From Candidatus Cloacimonas sp. (GTDB lineage Bacteria > Cloacimonadota > Cloacimonadia > Cloacimonadales > Cloacimonadaceae): a stretch of DNA of 64,000 nt. The position numbers and the translations under genes are program-made. The notes below the pieces were generated by a model, which was given only the letters and a program-made list of their open reading frames with translations, was not told the DNA's origin and did not search any database. The DNA lies in contig DAONFA010000001.1 of the NCBI GenBank assembly GCA_035403355.1, forward strand, positions 30,133 to 94,132, in the 5' to 3' direction. Shown in pieces: positions 18,571 through 29,147 of the stretch. Position 1 is the first letter of the stretch, and every line of letters begins with the position of its first letter.

Positions 18571-19283
18571 AAACACTAATAATTATCCCTACCTATAATG
18601 AAATTGAAAACATTGAACAACTGCTGGAACAGGTCTTAGCTAAAAGCGAAACAATTGAAGTGCTGGTGATTGATGATAACTCTCCAGACGGCACTGCTTT
18701 AAGAGTTAAATTTATGCAAAGTTCCGAACCGCGCATTCATTTATTGGAGCGTCCGGGCAAAATGGGGCTCGGTTCTGCTTATGTTACCGGCTTTAAATAC
18801 GCCTTGGAAAAGGGCTATGACTATATTATGGAAATGGATGCCGATTTTTCGCATAACCCTGATGATATTCCCCGCTTTTTGGAAACAGCGAAAAAATATG
18901 ATTTAGTGATTGGCAGTCGCTATTGTGACGGAGTGAACATTATTCACTGGCCTATTAAAAGATTACTAATCAGTTACTTTGCCAGTAAATATGTGCGTTC
19001 AATTACCAGAATGCCTATTAAAGACCCCACCGGGGGATTCAAATGTTTTAGGCGTAAAGTGCTGGAAAGTATTGATCTGGATAATATTCTGTCGGATGGC
19101 TATGCTTTCCAGATAGAAATGAACTTTAAAGCATGGGTGAAAGGTTTTCGCATCAAAGAAATACCGATTGTGTTTACAGAACGACTGAACGGCGTTTCTA
19201 AAATGAGCCGAAAAATTGTTTGGGAAGCTGCCTGGATGGTTTGGCGTTTAGAAATGATGAAAATACTAAATAGATTGAGATAA
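18567..19283 (+). CDS. GT2 glycosyltransferase, polyprenol-phosphate mannose synthase-like
   Basis: 238 aa. The sequence IIIPTYNE..VIDDNSPDGT..MDADFSHNP is typical of Dpm1-like GT2 enzymes. Confidence 0.85.
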   Translation: MKTLIIIPTYNEIENIEQLLEQVLAKSETIEVLVIDDNSPDGTALRVKFMQSSEPRIHLLERPGKMGLGSAYVTGFKYALEKGYDYIMEMDADFSHNPDDIPRFLETAKKYDLVIGSRYCDGVNIIHWPIKRLLISYFASKYVRSITRMPIKDPTGGFKCFRRKVLESIDLDNILSDGYAFQIEMNFKAWVKGFRIKEIPIVFTERLNGVSKMSRKIVWEAAWMVWRLEMMKILNRLR

Positions 19284-19301
19284 AATAACAGGATACGCAT
19301 A

Positions 19302-19763
19302 ATGAAACGATTGATAATACTGTGCTGCGTGTTTTTTCTTGGGCTATCGCTTTCGGCAATAACAATTCCCAGAGTTTATGTGCAAAAACTGACACTGGAT
19401 AACGGCAATAATCCTACCATAACCTGGGAGAAAGATAAAAGTGCCAATGAATATATCCTTAAAGCATGGATAAATACCCGTCCGGAGGAAATAGTAAGTA
19501 CGGAAACTCATCCGCTGCATACTATTGCTTTGAAACAGGTGGGCGACGGGAAAAAATTTCCTGTTACCGTTATTGCCAGTTTGCAATTGGGAAATTTCCC
19601 CAGCCAATGGCAAGCTGGAGAAGTTATTCATCTGGAAGTAACCCATAAAAAAACAGGACAGAAAAAGACCTGGACGCAATCCATCCCTGAAGGCACAAAT
19701 TTAATAAAAATGCTGGAGAAACCGATTGTTATTCCCCCCTATACGAAAAAGAAAAACAAATAA
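19302..19763 (+). CDS. Hypothetical secreted protein
   Basis: 153 aa with the signal peptide MKRLIILCCVFFLGLSLSA. I recognise no motif. Its stop overlaps the ruvB start. Confidence 0.6.
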   Translation: MKRLIILCCVFFLGLSLSAITIPRVYVQKLTLDNGNNPTITWEKDKSANEYILKAWINTRPEEIVSTETHPLHTIALKQVGDGKKFPVTVIASLQLGNFPSQWQAGEVIHLEVTHKKTGQKKTWTQSIPEGTNLIKMLEKPIVIPPYTKKKNK

Positions 19764-20779
19764 TGCTGGAAAGAATTAATAATCCCGATAAATTGAATGA
19801 AGATGTAGAGCTGGATAGAGCTTTACGCCCCCGCTCTTTAAAGGAATTTATCGGGCAATCTCATATCAAGGAACTTTTGGATATTAGTATTAGGGCAGCC
19901 CAACTGCGGGGTGAATCGCTTGACCATATCCTTTTTTACGGACCTCCCGGTTTGGGAAAAACAACCCTGGCAGGAATTATAGCACGCGAAATGGGGGTAA
20001 ATATTACTGTTTCCAGCGGTCCGGTTATTGAAAAACCATCGGATTTAGCAGGAATTTTAACTAATCTGCAACGGCACGAAACACTTTTTATAGATGAAAT
20101 TCACCGCCTATCCCATATAATTGAAGAATATATCTATCCTGCAATGGAGGATTTTGAAATGGAGATTATTCTGGATAGCGGTCCCAATTCCCGCACTCTA
20201 AAAATTCCGCTGGAACATTTTACTTTGATTGGTGCCACTACCCGAGCCGGATTATTAACCCCTCCTTTGCGTGATAGATTTGGAATCGTGCTGCGTTTGG
20301 ATTATTACGATCAGGAATCCATTGCCCAAATAATTCGCCGAAGTGCACGCCTGTTAAATATTCCTGCAGAAGATGATGGTGTTCAAGAAATTGCCAGACG
20401 CAGTCGGGGAACCCCTCGCATTGCCAATCGTTTATTAAGAAGAGTGCGGGACTATGCTCAAATTAAAGGTGAAGGAATAATAACTTTGGATATTGCTTTG
20501 GCTGCCTTACAAATGCTGCAGGTGGATAATGCCGGCTTGGATGAAATGGATAAACGCATTTTAACTACCATTATTGAAAATTATAATGGCGGTCCTGTTG
20601 GCATTAAAACAATAGCTACAGCCATCGGTGAAGATTCCGGAACCATAGAAGAAATTTTTGAACCCTATTTGGTGCAGCAGGGCTTTCTGGAACGCAGCCC
20701 CCAGGGCAGAAAAGTTACTTTCAAAGCATACCGTCATTTAGGTTTAACTTCTGCCCCCGAGCAGACAGAGATTTTTTAA
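19763..20779 (+). CDS. ruvB: Holliday junction branch migration helicase RuvB
   Basis: 338 aa. Walker A is GPPGLGKTTLA, followed by FIDEIHRL and GATTRAGLLTPPLRDRFG. Confidence 0.95.
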   Translation: MLERINNPDKLNEDVELDRALRPRSLKEFIGQSHIKELLDISIRAAQLRGESLDHILFYGPPGLGKTTLAGIIAREMGVNITVSSGPVIEKPSDLAGILTNLQRHETLFIDEIHRLSHIIEEYIYPAMEDFEMEIILDSGPNSRTLKIPLEHFTLIGATTRAGLLTPPLRDRFGIVLRLDYYDQESIAQIIRRSARLLNIPAEDDGVQEIARRSRGTPRIANRLLRRVRDYAQIKGEGIITLDIALAALQMLQVDNAGLDEMDKRILTTIIENYNGGPVGIKTIATAIGEDSGTIEEIFEPYLVQQGFLERSPQGRKVTFKAYRHLGLTSAPEQTEIF

Positions 20780-20788
20780 CAGAGGCAA

Positions 20789-22216
20789 ATGCATACCAAA
20801 ACAGTGATTTCGGGCATTCGCTGGACTCTTTCCACTACTGTTTTAAGAAGAATTATCAGCTTAATTCTGTTCATCTTTCTGGCAAAATGGCTAACTCAAT
20901 CCGATTTTGGTATTTACCGCAGCTTTTCGGCAATTTTAGCTCTCCTTACTTATCTTACTCATTTAGGGCTGGATTATCTGTATCTTGTTTCCAGAGGGAA
21001 AGAGCGCGTAAATTTGCTGGCTCTTTTGCAGACAGGATTACTTGTTTCTGCCTTGATAACTGTTTTGCTGGCTGTTTTTGGTAAAAACATCGGGGCTTAT
21101 TATCATAGTGCAGAACTGGGCAAAGTTCTTGTTTATGGCGGGGGCTTAATTTTCATTGAATCCCTGCGTCGTATCGTTCGTGTTTATGCTCAAAAGAATT
21201 TTCAGTTTAAAGACCTGGCTTTGGCAGAAACCCTGAATGTCTTCATATATTCTATTCTCTGCCTTGCTCTTATCTATTTTTGGCGTTATGCCTGGTTGTT
21301 TATTTTGCTTTTTTACATAGGCAACTTGGGGGAACTGGTTTATTTGTGTTGTAAATTGCCCCGCATACCGTCTTCCTTGCTGAAAAGGGTTTTTAGTTTC
21401 AGCTGGCTGAAAAAGACCTTTGCACTGTTTTCCCGAAACGGCAATTTCCTGCTGATGGTTAATGCGATAAATCTTTTACAGTCCTATTCTATCAATGCTC
21501 CAATCTTGTTTTTGGGAACTTTGGTGGAGCCGGCTTTAATGGGTGTTTATTTCTTTGCTTCACAACTAATTGCTATTCCGGTAGGGATGCTGAATGCTTC
21601 CTTCGCTCAGGTTTTCTTTCCGGTTTTAGCTAAAAGTGAAAAGTCCGCAAGTGTTACCGGTATCAGGCATTACACTTCTCTGGTGCTGAAAATAGGCATT
21701 CCGGCTTTGATTGTTTATGCCCTTCTTTTGCAATATCTGGTTCCTGTAATCTGGGGCGATAAATGGCTTTCAGCAATGCCGTTAATCCTTTATTTGGTAA
21801 TCTATTATGGCACCAGTATGCTGCATAATCCAATTAGCGGGATACCTTTTATTTGCCGCAAACCGCAATGGGAATTGCTGTGGAACATTGTTACTCTCTG
21901 TTTGCGGATTTTAGTGCTGTATTTGGGTTTACGGGTAAGTTTTACTTTTGCCGTGTTGCTGTTTTGTTTGGTTAGTGCAGTTATGCACTTTGCTTTTTAC
22001 TATATGTCCTTAGCTTTGCTGAAAGCAGATTTATGGCAGATTACGCTTGATATTTTAACTTATCTTCCGTTGCTATTAGTGCTGGCATTAGGTTGCCTGT
22101 ATATGTGGAAGTTATCTTTTGTGTTTCCGCTGGTAGTGCTAATTGGATATGTTTTGTATCTTTTAGTGGCAGAAAAGGAAACCCTGCAGGAAGTATTGTC
22201 TCTGATAAAAAAATGA
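20789..22216 (+). CDS. Polysaccharide/oligosaccharide flippase (Wzx/MOP family) membrane protein
   Basis: 475 aa and polytopic. The N-terminus (GIRWTLSTTVLRRIISLILFIFLAKWLTQSDFGIY) is typical of the Polysacc_synt family. Confidence 0.75.
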   Translation: MHTKTVISGIRWTLSTTVLRRIISLILFIFLAKWLTQSDFGIYRSFSAILALLTYLTHLGLDYLYLVSRGKERVNLLALLQTGLLVSALITVLLAVFGKNIGAYYHSAELGKVLVYGGGLIFIESLRRIVRVYAQKNFQFKDLALAETLNVFIYSILCLALIYFWRYAWLFILLFYIGNLGELVYLCCKLPRIPSSLLKRVFSFSWLKKTFALFSRNGNFLLMVNAINLLQSYSINAPILFLGTLVEPALMGVYFFASQLIAIPVGMLNASFAQVFFPVLAKSEKSASVTGIRHYTSLVLKIGIPALIVYALLLQYLVPVIWGDKWLSAMPLILYLVIYYGTSMLHNPISGIPFICRKPQWELLWNIVTLCLRILVLYLGLRVSFTFAVLLFCLVSAVMHFAFYYMSLALLKADLWQITLDILTYLPLLLVLALGCLYMWKLSFVFPLVVLIGYVLYLLVAEKETLQEVLSLIKK

Positions 22217-22446
22217 AGAAGTGAGAAGGAAAAAGATTTCAGTCAGAAGCCCCCGGAATGAAGTCAGAAGCGGTTACTGTAGGCATAGCTTTTACCTTGC
22301 TTCCCGATTTTGCTTGGCAATGAGAACTCGTGCCTGAAGATTATAGGAACACTGATTTAACGGATTGGTACGGAATAACCCTGATGTATTCTTATATAAA
22401 CCGCTTTTTATGAACCCAGAGTAGTTTGGATAATATAACTGGATGG

Positions 22447-23160
22447 TTAAAACGCTAATGAGGTTATTTCCCATCCCAGGTTATCAATCAGCTGTTTTAC
22501 TTCGCTTTTTTTGCTTTCCGGAATTTTATGCAGTTCGCGCTCAATGGCTTTACGGGAAAGAATTTTAAGGGCAGGAGCATTTTTCCGCATTGCGGTTAAA
22601 GTGTTTTCTTCAATAGTAAAATTGAAGCGCAAGGCAAATTGCAGAGCTCTTAGCATTCGTAAAGGGTCTTCTGTAAAGCTTAGGTTCGCATCTTTTACGG
22701 TGCGGATTATTCCGTTTTTCAAATCGCTTAGTCCTTTGCCGCATAAATCCAGAATTTCACCTGTGGCAATAGAAATCAGCAAAGCATTTATTGTAAAATC
22801 CCTTCTGAGAACATCATCGGTTAAGGTTCCAAATTCAACTTTCGGATAACGGCTATGGGAAAAATATTGTTCTTTCCGGGTAGCTACAAATTCCAGTTGC
22901 AGGTTTTGGTAGTGTAAAGAGGCAGTTCCAAAACTTTTATGGATAACTAATTCCCTTGCCTGCAAGCGGTTCTGCAAAAAACGGGCAAGGGCAATTCCTC
23001 CTTCTGAAAGCTCCACGCAAATATCTACATCACCTATTATAACGGCAGCGGGGTTTAAAACATAGTCCCGCACGCATCCACCGGCAAAATAACTTTTGTC
23101 GGCAAATTCGCTATCCTGGATAAGTTCCTTTAAAAACAAACGCAATTCATTCAAGGTCAT
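22447..23160 (-). CDS. tRNA nucleotidyltransferase/poly(A) polymerase family protein, unusually short (head and neck only)
   Basis: 237 aa with the motifs GGCVRD, GDVDICV, RRDFTINAL and EDPLRMLRA. No body/tail region or HD domain follows. Confidence 0.75.
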   Translation of the reverse strand: MTLNELRLFLKELIQDSEFADKSYFAGGCVRDYVLNPAAVIIGDVDICVELSEGGIALARFLQNRLQARELVIHKSFGTASLHYQNLQLEFVATRKEQYFSHSRYPKVEFGTLTDDVLRRDFTINALLISIATGEILDLCGKGLSDLKNGIIRTVKDANLSFTEDPLRMLRALQFALRFNFTIEENTLTAMRKNAPALKILSRKAIERELHKIPESKKSEVKQLIDNLGWEITSLAF

Positions 23161-24281
23161 AGAATTAAATCCCCGATAACGCTGTTGGAAACAAATAATG
23201 CCTTTTCAGTTAATGCCAAATTATGCTCCGTTAAATTCAGCATACCTATTTTTTGCAGCTTAGCTATCTTTTCTCCATACAGCTCTGGAAGCTTAAACCG
23301 GAAACGGTTGTTAAATTCATCCAGAGCAATGCCTTCCTTCAAACGCAAACCCATCATAAGATAGTCCTGAACAATTCTTTGTTCGGAAAGTTCTTCTTTC
23401 TGAGGAAATGCTGCACCTTTATCTACGCCTTGATAATAGAGATTCAGGTCTGCGGGATTTTGATAACGGCAGGGGGAAATCCAACCTGCAGCAGAAGCAC
23501 CTAAAGCTAAGTAATCATCACTATGCCAATATCTTAAGTTGTGTTGAGAAGCATAACCTGAAAGCGCAAAATTGGAAATTTCATAGTGCTCATAACCCTC
23601 TTGCTTTAAACGGCTGCAAATGTATTCATATTGTTCTGCCTGTTTTTCGTCATCCGGTAAGAAGGCCTTATCTTTCGCTTTCAGACAATCATTATCCAGA
23701 GTTAATAAGTAGCAGGAAATATGTTCCGGTTTTAGCGTAAGATATTTTTCCACTGTCCTTTGCAAGGATGGGACAGAACTATCGGGCAAACCGTAAATAA
23801 GGTCTAACGAAATATTCCGATAGCCAAACTGGCGACAGAGAGCTATTTTTTCCTTAATTTGTTCCGGTTTATGATGCCTGTCCAACCAATGTAATTCTTC
23901 TGGATTCATACTTTGTACTCCGATGGATAAACGATTGACAGGGGTTGTGTTAAGTGCTTGAAGATAGGGCTCCGTTATTTGTAAAGGATTGATTTCCAAG
24001 GTAATTTCTGCCTCGGGGAGCAAATTCAAGCCGCTTAATAGCTGCCTAATCTGCTCTGCTATTAGTAAAGATGGAGTTCCACCACCAAAATAAACAGTAG
24101 CGACAGGACATTCTAATTGGCGTTGGTAAAGGGCTTTTTCCTTGTTCAGATAAACAACATATTCATCCAGCGCACTTTTACGGTAAGGCACACTGAAAAA
24201 GCTGCAATATCCACAACGACTGAGACAAAATGGAAGATGAAGATACAATCCTAATGCGGATGACGGAAAATCCTGTTCCAT
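23157..24281 (-). CDS. hemW: Radical SAM heme chaperone HemW (HemN-like)
   Basis: 374 aa with LYLHLPFCLSRCGYCSF (CxxxCxxC), GGGTPS and a HemN C-terminal-like domain. Confidence 0.9.
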   Translation of the reverse strand: MEQDFPSSALGLYLHLPFCLSRCGYCSFFSVPYRKSALDEYVVYLNKEKALYQRQLECPVATVYFGGGTPSLLIAEQIRQLLSGLNLLPEAEITLEINPLQITEPYLQALNTTPVNRLSIGVQSMNPEELHWLDRHHKPEQIKEKIALCRQFGYRNISLDLIYGLPDSSVPSLQRTVEKYLTLKPEHISCYLLTLDNDCLKAKDKAFLPDDEKQAEQYEYICSRLKQEGYEHYEISNFALSGYASQHNLRYWHSDDYLALGASAAGWISPCRYQNPADLNLYYQGVDKGAAFPQKEELSEQRIVQDYLMMGLRLKEGIALDEFNNRFRFKLPELYGEKIAKLQKIGMLNLTEHNLALTEKALFVSNSVIGDLIL

Positions 24282-25177
24282 CTAATATGCGGTTCGTCAT
24301 AAAGCTTATTAAATTCAATGCCTTTACTGAAAAAGATCAGCCAGGGTGTTCCCGTAATATATTTTCTTTCCAGAAAACCCCAATAACGACTGTCTTCACT
24401 AACATCACGATTATCGCCCATTACAAAATAACTCTTTTCCGGAACTTTTATAGGACCAAACCAGTCCCGGTTAAAAACTTTCCGCACAGCAGTGGTATCA
24501 CCTGCAATTCTTACTCTGTAGGGCTCATACCAGGGGTTCATTGAAACATAATCAAAACTATTTTCCGGATAAGTGAAATCTTCAATGCGCTCCGGAGCTG
24601 CAGGTGGGCTGGGAATAGCTACTCCGTAATTTTCAAACCCGCGGGTGTATTCCTTGCCGTTTACATACACAATTTTATTCTTAATTTCCACAATATCCCC
24701 GGGCATTCCGATAATCCTTTTAACTACATTTCTGCGTGCATAATAGCAAATATGAAAGGCAGTGAAAGGATGCTTGGAAAAACTATTCTTTTTGTTGATG
24801 TAGAGAGGGGGAAAGATTTTGATAAAATCATTCTTGGAATCCTCATATTCAGGAGTGCCTTCCTCAATTTTAGGATAACGAAAAGTGACAATTTCACCTT
24901 GCTTGGGAGTATTGAAAAAATACTTTATCTTATTGGCAACAAGATAATCACCCACTAAAAGGGTCTTCTCCATAGAAGAAGAAGGAATTAGAAAATTCTC
25001 AAAAGTATAATTGCGGATGATCATTGCCACCACAAAAGCAAAAAGAATTGCTTCTACCCAGTCCTGCAAACCGGGTTTGCGTTTATGAAACTTTTTCTCC
25101 CCAGGAAGAGGGGTTAAAGTGTAAGGTAGAGTATCAGATTTTGTTTTATCACGCCGGGGATTGATTTTATCCTTCAT
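24251..25177 (-). CDS. lepB: Signal peptidase I
   Basis: The S26 motifs IPSSSMEKTL and VMGDNRDVSEDSRYWGF are present. The track start at 25180 is a TTG, so I prefer the adjacent ATG at 25177. The 3' end overlaps the hemW start by 31 nt. Confidence 0.9.
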   Translation of the reverse strand: MKDKINPRRDKTKSDTLPYTLTPLPGEKKFHKRKPGLQDWVEAILFAFVVAMIIRNYTFENFLIPSSSMEKTLLVGDYLVANKIKYFFNTPKQGEIVTFRYPKIEEGTPEYEDSKNDFIKIFPPLYINKKNSFSKHPFTAFHICYYARRNVVKRIIGMPGDIVEIKNKIVYVNGKEYTRGFENYGVAIPSPPAAPERIEDFTYPENSFDYVSMNPWYEPYRVRIAGDTTAVRKVFNRDWFGPIKVPEKSYFVMGDNRDVSEDSRYWGFLERKYITGTPWLIFFSKGIEFNKLYDEPHIRWNRIFRHPH

Positions 25178-25246
25178 CAAGTAATATCCTTTTCTTTATC
25201 TGCAATTTCATTACCAACCTCTGAAAGAGTTGTTTGTGTCAAGCAA

Positions 25247-25365
25247 AATGGTGAACGGGATTGTTGGATCACGCAGATTACGCAGATTTTAGAAACACCT
25301 GTAAGACCAGACACAAAAAAACAGCTCACAGATTACACAGATTACACAGATTACACAGATTACAC
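25247..25365. repeat. About 120-bp composite element: AATGGTGAACGGGATT..GGATCA(CGCAGATTA)x2..ACACCTGTAAGACCA..CAGCT(CACAGATTA)x4
   Basis: A direct copy of the element at 29613-29746. It contains 9-bp tandem units at 25272-25289 and 25327-25365. Confidence 0.9.
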
Positions 25366-25538
25366 TGGATTATATATCCTTCCAAAAAAAAAGAATAGTT
25401 CGTTATAGTAAACGCCGGCATACCGAAAGAAGGCATATCTTTATTTAGTCCAAAATTCCCTCGTCACTCCTGCGTAAGGAGGAATCCAGAGATAATTAAT
25501 CTAATGGAAGTTACAATCCAGGATTTCATTTTTGGTAT

Positions 25539-28500
25539 TCATTTTAGCAAGGTTACTTTCTGCATATAGCTCTCTTTATCTACCAGCATTTTTATGAAAT
25601 AGATTCCACTTCCGCAATTGCTGTTATTTTTATCCTTACCTTCCCAGATAAGTTTATATCTGCCCTTATCTTTTTGTCCTAAGGTAAAAGTTTGGATTCT
25701 TTGACCGCGGTCATTGTATATTTCTATTTTTACTTCAGCTTTTTTACTTAGTTCATAACCAATAGTAGTAGAAGGATTGAAAGGATTAGGATAGATAGAA
25801 CGGATTCCTGTAATTAACTGATATGCCGGGGTACTATTGTGTGCTCCCTCAAAATAGATACATCTTGAGCCGTAATAACTATTAGAGGCATTATAATCTT
25901 GTATTTCCAGCCAGTAATAATACATCCCAGCTACATAAATATCTTTATCGGTGAATAAATACACTTGTTGTTGAGAAGTATTGGTAGCTTGAATTAAAGG
26001 ACTAATAACTGTTGCTTGAGAAAGGTCGTCAATGGTTGCACGAAGCAAATAATAACCGTTCACATTGGTTTCCGATTGAGTCGCCCACAGCAAATTTATA
26101 CCATACTGAGAATTGACAGAAGCATTAAAAGAAGATAATACAACGGGTAAAGTATTATCTTGCTGAGCAATAATAATTGGAATCTCCACTGTTCCCTTAG
26201 TTCCACTAAATGTTATAGAAAAACTTATCTTCTCCTCATCACCATAAATTATATGCCAGGCACTATTTTGATAATAAGCTCCATAATCGGAAGTTGTTTG
26301 GAAAGTAATAGTCCAATTGGAAATACTATTATCTAAAACAAAGTTATATTTGGAATAAGTTACATTGGGATTAGGCACAGGAGGGAAATCATCATTTATT
26401 ACACCTTTATCGGCATCTCCACCTGATACTGTAACAGAAATTCCTTGTTCAACTACAGGAATGTTATTAAGAAAATAAGGCATACGCAATTTGGCTACAT
26501 AGATGTTATCATATCCATTGCATGTTAAAGTGGTATTACCGAAAGTTGCATTACCGAAAAAATTTCCTACAATATAATTATTTCCATTAGTATCTACAGC
26601 AATGTCATATCCACCATCATTACTTGTCCCTCCGGCTTGGTTAATCCAAATCCAATTACCGTTACTATCCAACCTGGCAACAAAGATATCGTCCTTCCCT
26701 CTGCTGGTTAAAGTAGTATTACCAAAAGTAGCACTGCTGGAAAAATAACCGCTAATAAAACTGTTTCCGCTATCATCAATAGTAAGACCACTACAATAAT
26801 CACGAACTGTGCCTCCGGCTTGTTTTACCCAAAGCCAGTTACCGTTGCTATCCAGCTTGGCAACAAAGATATCCCAATAGTTACTGCTGGTCAAGGTAAT
26901 AGTGCCGAAGGTAGCGCTATGATAAAAACTACCTGCAACATAGCTGTTTCCATTGTTATCCACAGCAAATCCATCAGGGGTAGGCGTATTAGCTGAAGCT
27001 ACCCAAAGCCAGTTACCGTTACTATCCAGCTTAGCAACATAGCTGCCATCTCCTGTGTTACTTGTTACAGTGTAATTTCCAAATGTAGCACTTTCCATAA
27101 AATAACCACAAGCATAGCAGTTACCGTCATTATCTACTGCAACGCTATAACCGACATTATCAACAGGTCCTCCAGCTTTCTTTGCCCAGAGCCAGTTACC
27201 GTTATTGTCCATCTTAGCTATAAATATATCTTCATCTGCCTGTCCTGTCAGAGTAGTGCTTCCAAAAGTGATATTACTATCAAAACATCCTGTAACATAG
27301 CAGTTCTCATTGGAATCTACAGCAAGTCCATAACAAAAACCACCTTCGGCACCTCCTGCACTTTTTCCCCAGAGCCAGTTTCCGTTGCTGTCCATCTTAG
27401 CTATAAAAATATCCCCAGCTCCGTTACTGGTCAAGATTGTGGGGGGAGTAGTGCCAAAAGTAATACTACTCCCAAAATTACCGGTAATATAAATGTTACC
27501 GCTATTATCCATTACAATATCATTACAAGTATAATAACTTGTGCCTCCGGCTTGCTTTGCCCAAAGCCAGTTACCATTACTATTCATTTTAGCGACAAAG
27601 ATGTCAGATTGTCCGCTGTTTGTTAAGGTAGTAGAGCCCAAAGTTAAACTTTTGGTTATAAAATTACCCGATATATAACTATTTCCGTTATTATCAGTTA
27701 CAATGCATCGCGCGGTAACATTACTGCTCCCTTGTGCTTGTTTTGTCCATTGCCAATTACCGCTGCTATCAAGCATAGATATATAAAGGTCAGGATTTTG
27801 GTTATTGCTGTTATTTAAGATAGTATTCCCGAAATTAATATTTGTACTCAGAAAATAACCGGTAATAAAGCAATATCCATTAGTATCAATAGCAATGTCC
27901 ATACCTGTATCTTCAAGTGCTCCACCGGCTTTTTTTTCCCAGAGCCAATTACCGCTGCTATCCAGTTTAGCTATAAAAATGTCTTTATCTCCACTGCTGG
28001 TTAGAAGAGATGAATCAAAGTAAATGCTATTTTCATAAGAACCGGTAAGATAGCTATTGCCGCTCGGATCAATAGAAATTCCATTTGCTTCATCATAACC
28101 TGTCCCTCCGGTTTGTTTTGCCCAAAGCCAACTTCCGCTACTATTTAGTTTGGCAACAAATATATCTCCATTGCCGCTATTATTTAAAGTAATAGAACCA
28201 AAAGTAATGCTGCCACTATAGAAAATTCCTGTAATATAGCTATTACCACTGCTATCAATTGCGATGCTATTACTTACATCAGTTTTTGTTCCCCCAGCTT
28301 GAGTTGCCCAACTCCAGATCCCTGAACTGTTAAGCATAGCGACAAAAATATCACTTTCACCACTTTGGGTGTTATTTAATGTGATATTACCGAAGGTAAT
28401 GCTTGAACTTGAGAAATTCCCAGTTACAAAAATATTTTTATTACTATCAACTATAATTCCATAACCGGAATCAAAGTTATCTCCACCTATTTGTTTTGCC

Positions 28501-29147
28501 CAAAGCCAGTTACCACTACTATTCATTTTAGCGACAAAGATGTCACTATATCTATTGTTATATAGAGTAGTATTACCAAAAGTAATACTGCTACTAAAAT
28601 AATTCCCGGTGATATAACTATTTCCATCACTATCAATAGCAATGCCATAGCTGATATCTATGTCATTTCCTCCAGCTTGTTTTGCCCAAAGCCAATTGCC
28701 ATTGCTATCAAGTTTGGCAACAAAAATATCATAATATGCGGTACTCGTAAGAGTAGTAGAACCAAAAGTGGAAATACCTAAAAAACTTCCGGTAATATAA
28801 CTTATACCCGATGAAGTTACAGCAATACTATAGCCAAAATTAAGGGAATTTTCAGATGTTCCTGATGTTCCTCCGGCTTGTTTAATCCATACAAAATTAC
28901 CCTGGCTATCCATTTTAGCAACAAAGATATCCTGGTATCCTTTACTAATTAATCTTGTATTTCCAAATCTAATACTACCTTTAAAATTACCGGTTATATA
29001 GCTATTTCCGTATGAATCAAAAGCTACACTATAACCCTCATCTAAATTTTGTTCTCCTGCTTGAGTTGTCCATATCCATGGTTGATATTCACTAAAAAGC
29101 ATTATTGAAAAAAACAGTAAAACTGATAGTAGAATTGCCTTTTTCAT
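25539..29147 (-). CDS. Giant secreted beta-propeller-repeat (SBBP-like) protein with a T9SS C-terminal sorting domain
   Basis: 1202 aa with the signal peptide MKKAILLSVLLFFSIMLF. It has about 20 repeats of the form GxxxDxGxxIAxDSSGNSYITGxFxSSxTFGxTTLTxxGxxDIFVAKLDSNGNWLWAKQAGG. The C-terminus (IYPNPFNPSTTIGYEL..IEIYNDRGQRI..SGIYFIKM) fits the T9SS CTD pattern. Confidence 0.85.
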   Translation of the reverse strand: MKKAILLSVLLFFSIMLFSEYQPWIWTTQAGEQNLDEGYSVAFDSYGNSYITGNFKGSIRFGNTRLISKGYQDIFVAKMDSQGNFVWIKQAGGTSGTSENSLNFGYSIAVTSSGISYITGSFLGISTFGSTTLTSTAYYDIFVAKLDSNGNWLWAKQAGGNDIDISYGIAIDSDGNSYITGNYFSSSITFGNTTLYNNRYSDIFVAKMNSSGNWLWAKQIGGDNFDSGYGIIVDSNKNIFVTGNFSSSSITFGNITLNNTQSGESDIFVAMLNSSGIWSWATQAGGTKTDVSNSIAIDSSGNSYITGIFYSGSITFGSITLNNSGNGDIFVAKLNSSGSWLWAKQTGGTGYDEANGISIDPSGNSYLTGSYENSIYFDSSLLTSSGDKDIFIAKLDSSGNWLWEKKAGGALEDTGMDIAIDTNGYCFITGYFLSTNINFGNTILNNSNNQNPDLYISMLDSSGNWQWTKQAQGSSNVTARCIVTDNNGNSYISGNFITKSLTLGSTTLTNSGQSDIFVAKMNSNGNWLWAKQAGGTSYYTCNDIVMDNSGNIYITGNFGSSITFGTTPPTILTSNGAGDIFIAKMDSNGNWLWGKSAGGAEGGFCYGLAVDSNENCYVTGCFDSNITFGSTTLTGQADEDIFIAKMDNNGNWLWAKKAGGPVDNVGYSVAVDNDGNCYACGYFMESATFGNYTVTSNTGDGSYVAKLDSNGNWLWVASANTPTPDGFAVDNNGNSYVAGSFYHSATFGTITLTSSNYWDIFVAKLDSNGNWLWVKQAGGTVRDYCSGLTIDDSGNSFISGYFSSSATFGNTTLTSRGKDDIFVARLDSNGNWIWINQAGGTSNDGGYDIAVDTNGNNYIVGNFFGNATFGNTTLTCNGYDNIYVAKLRMPYFLNNIPVVEQGISVTVSGGDADKGVINDDFPPVPNPNVTYSKYNFVLDNSISNWTITFQTTSDYGAYYQNSAWHIIYGDEEKISFSITFSGTKGTVEIPIIIAQQDNTLPVVLSSFNASVNSQYGINLLWATQSETNVNGYYLLRATIDDLSQATVISPLIQATNTSQQQVYLFTDKDIYVAGMYYYWLEIQDYNASNSYYGSRCIYFEGAHNSTPAYQLITGIRSIYPNPFNPSTTIGYELSKKAEVKIEIYNDRGQRIQTFTLGQKDKGRYKLIWEGKDKNNSNCGSGIYFIKMLVDKESYMQKVTLLK

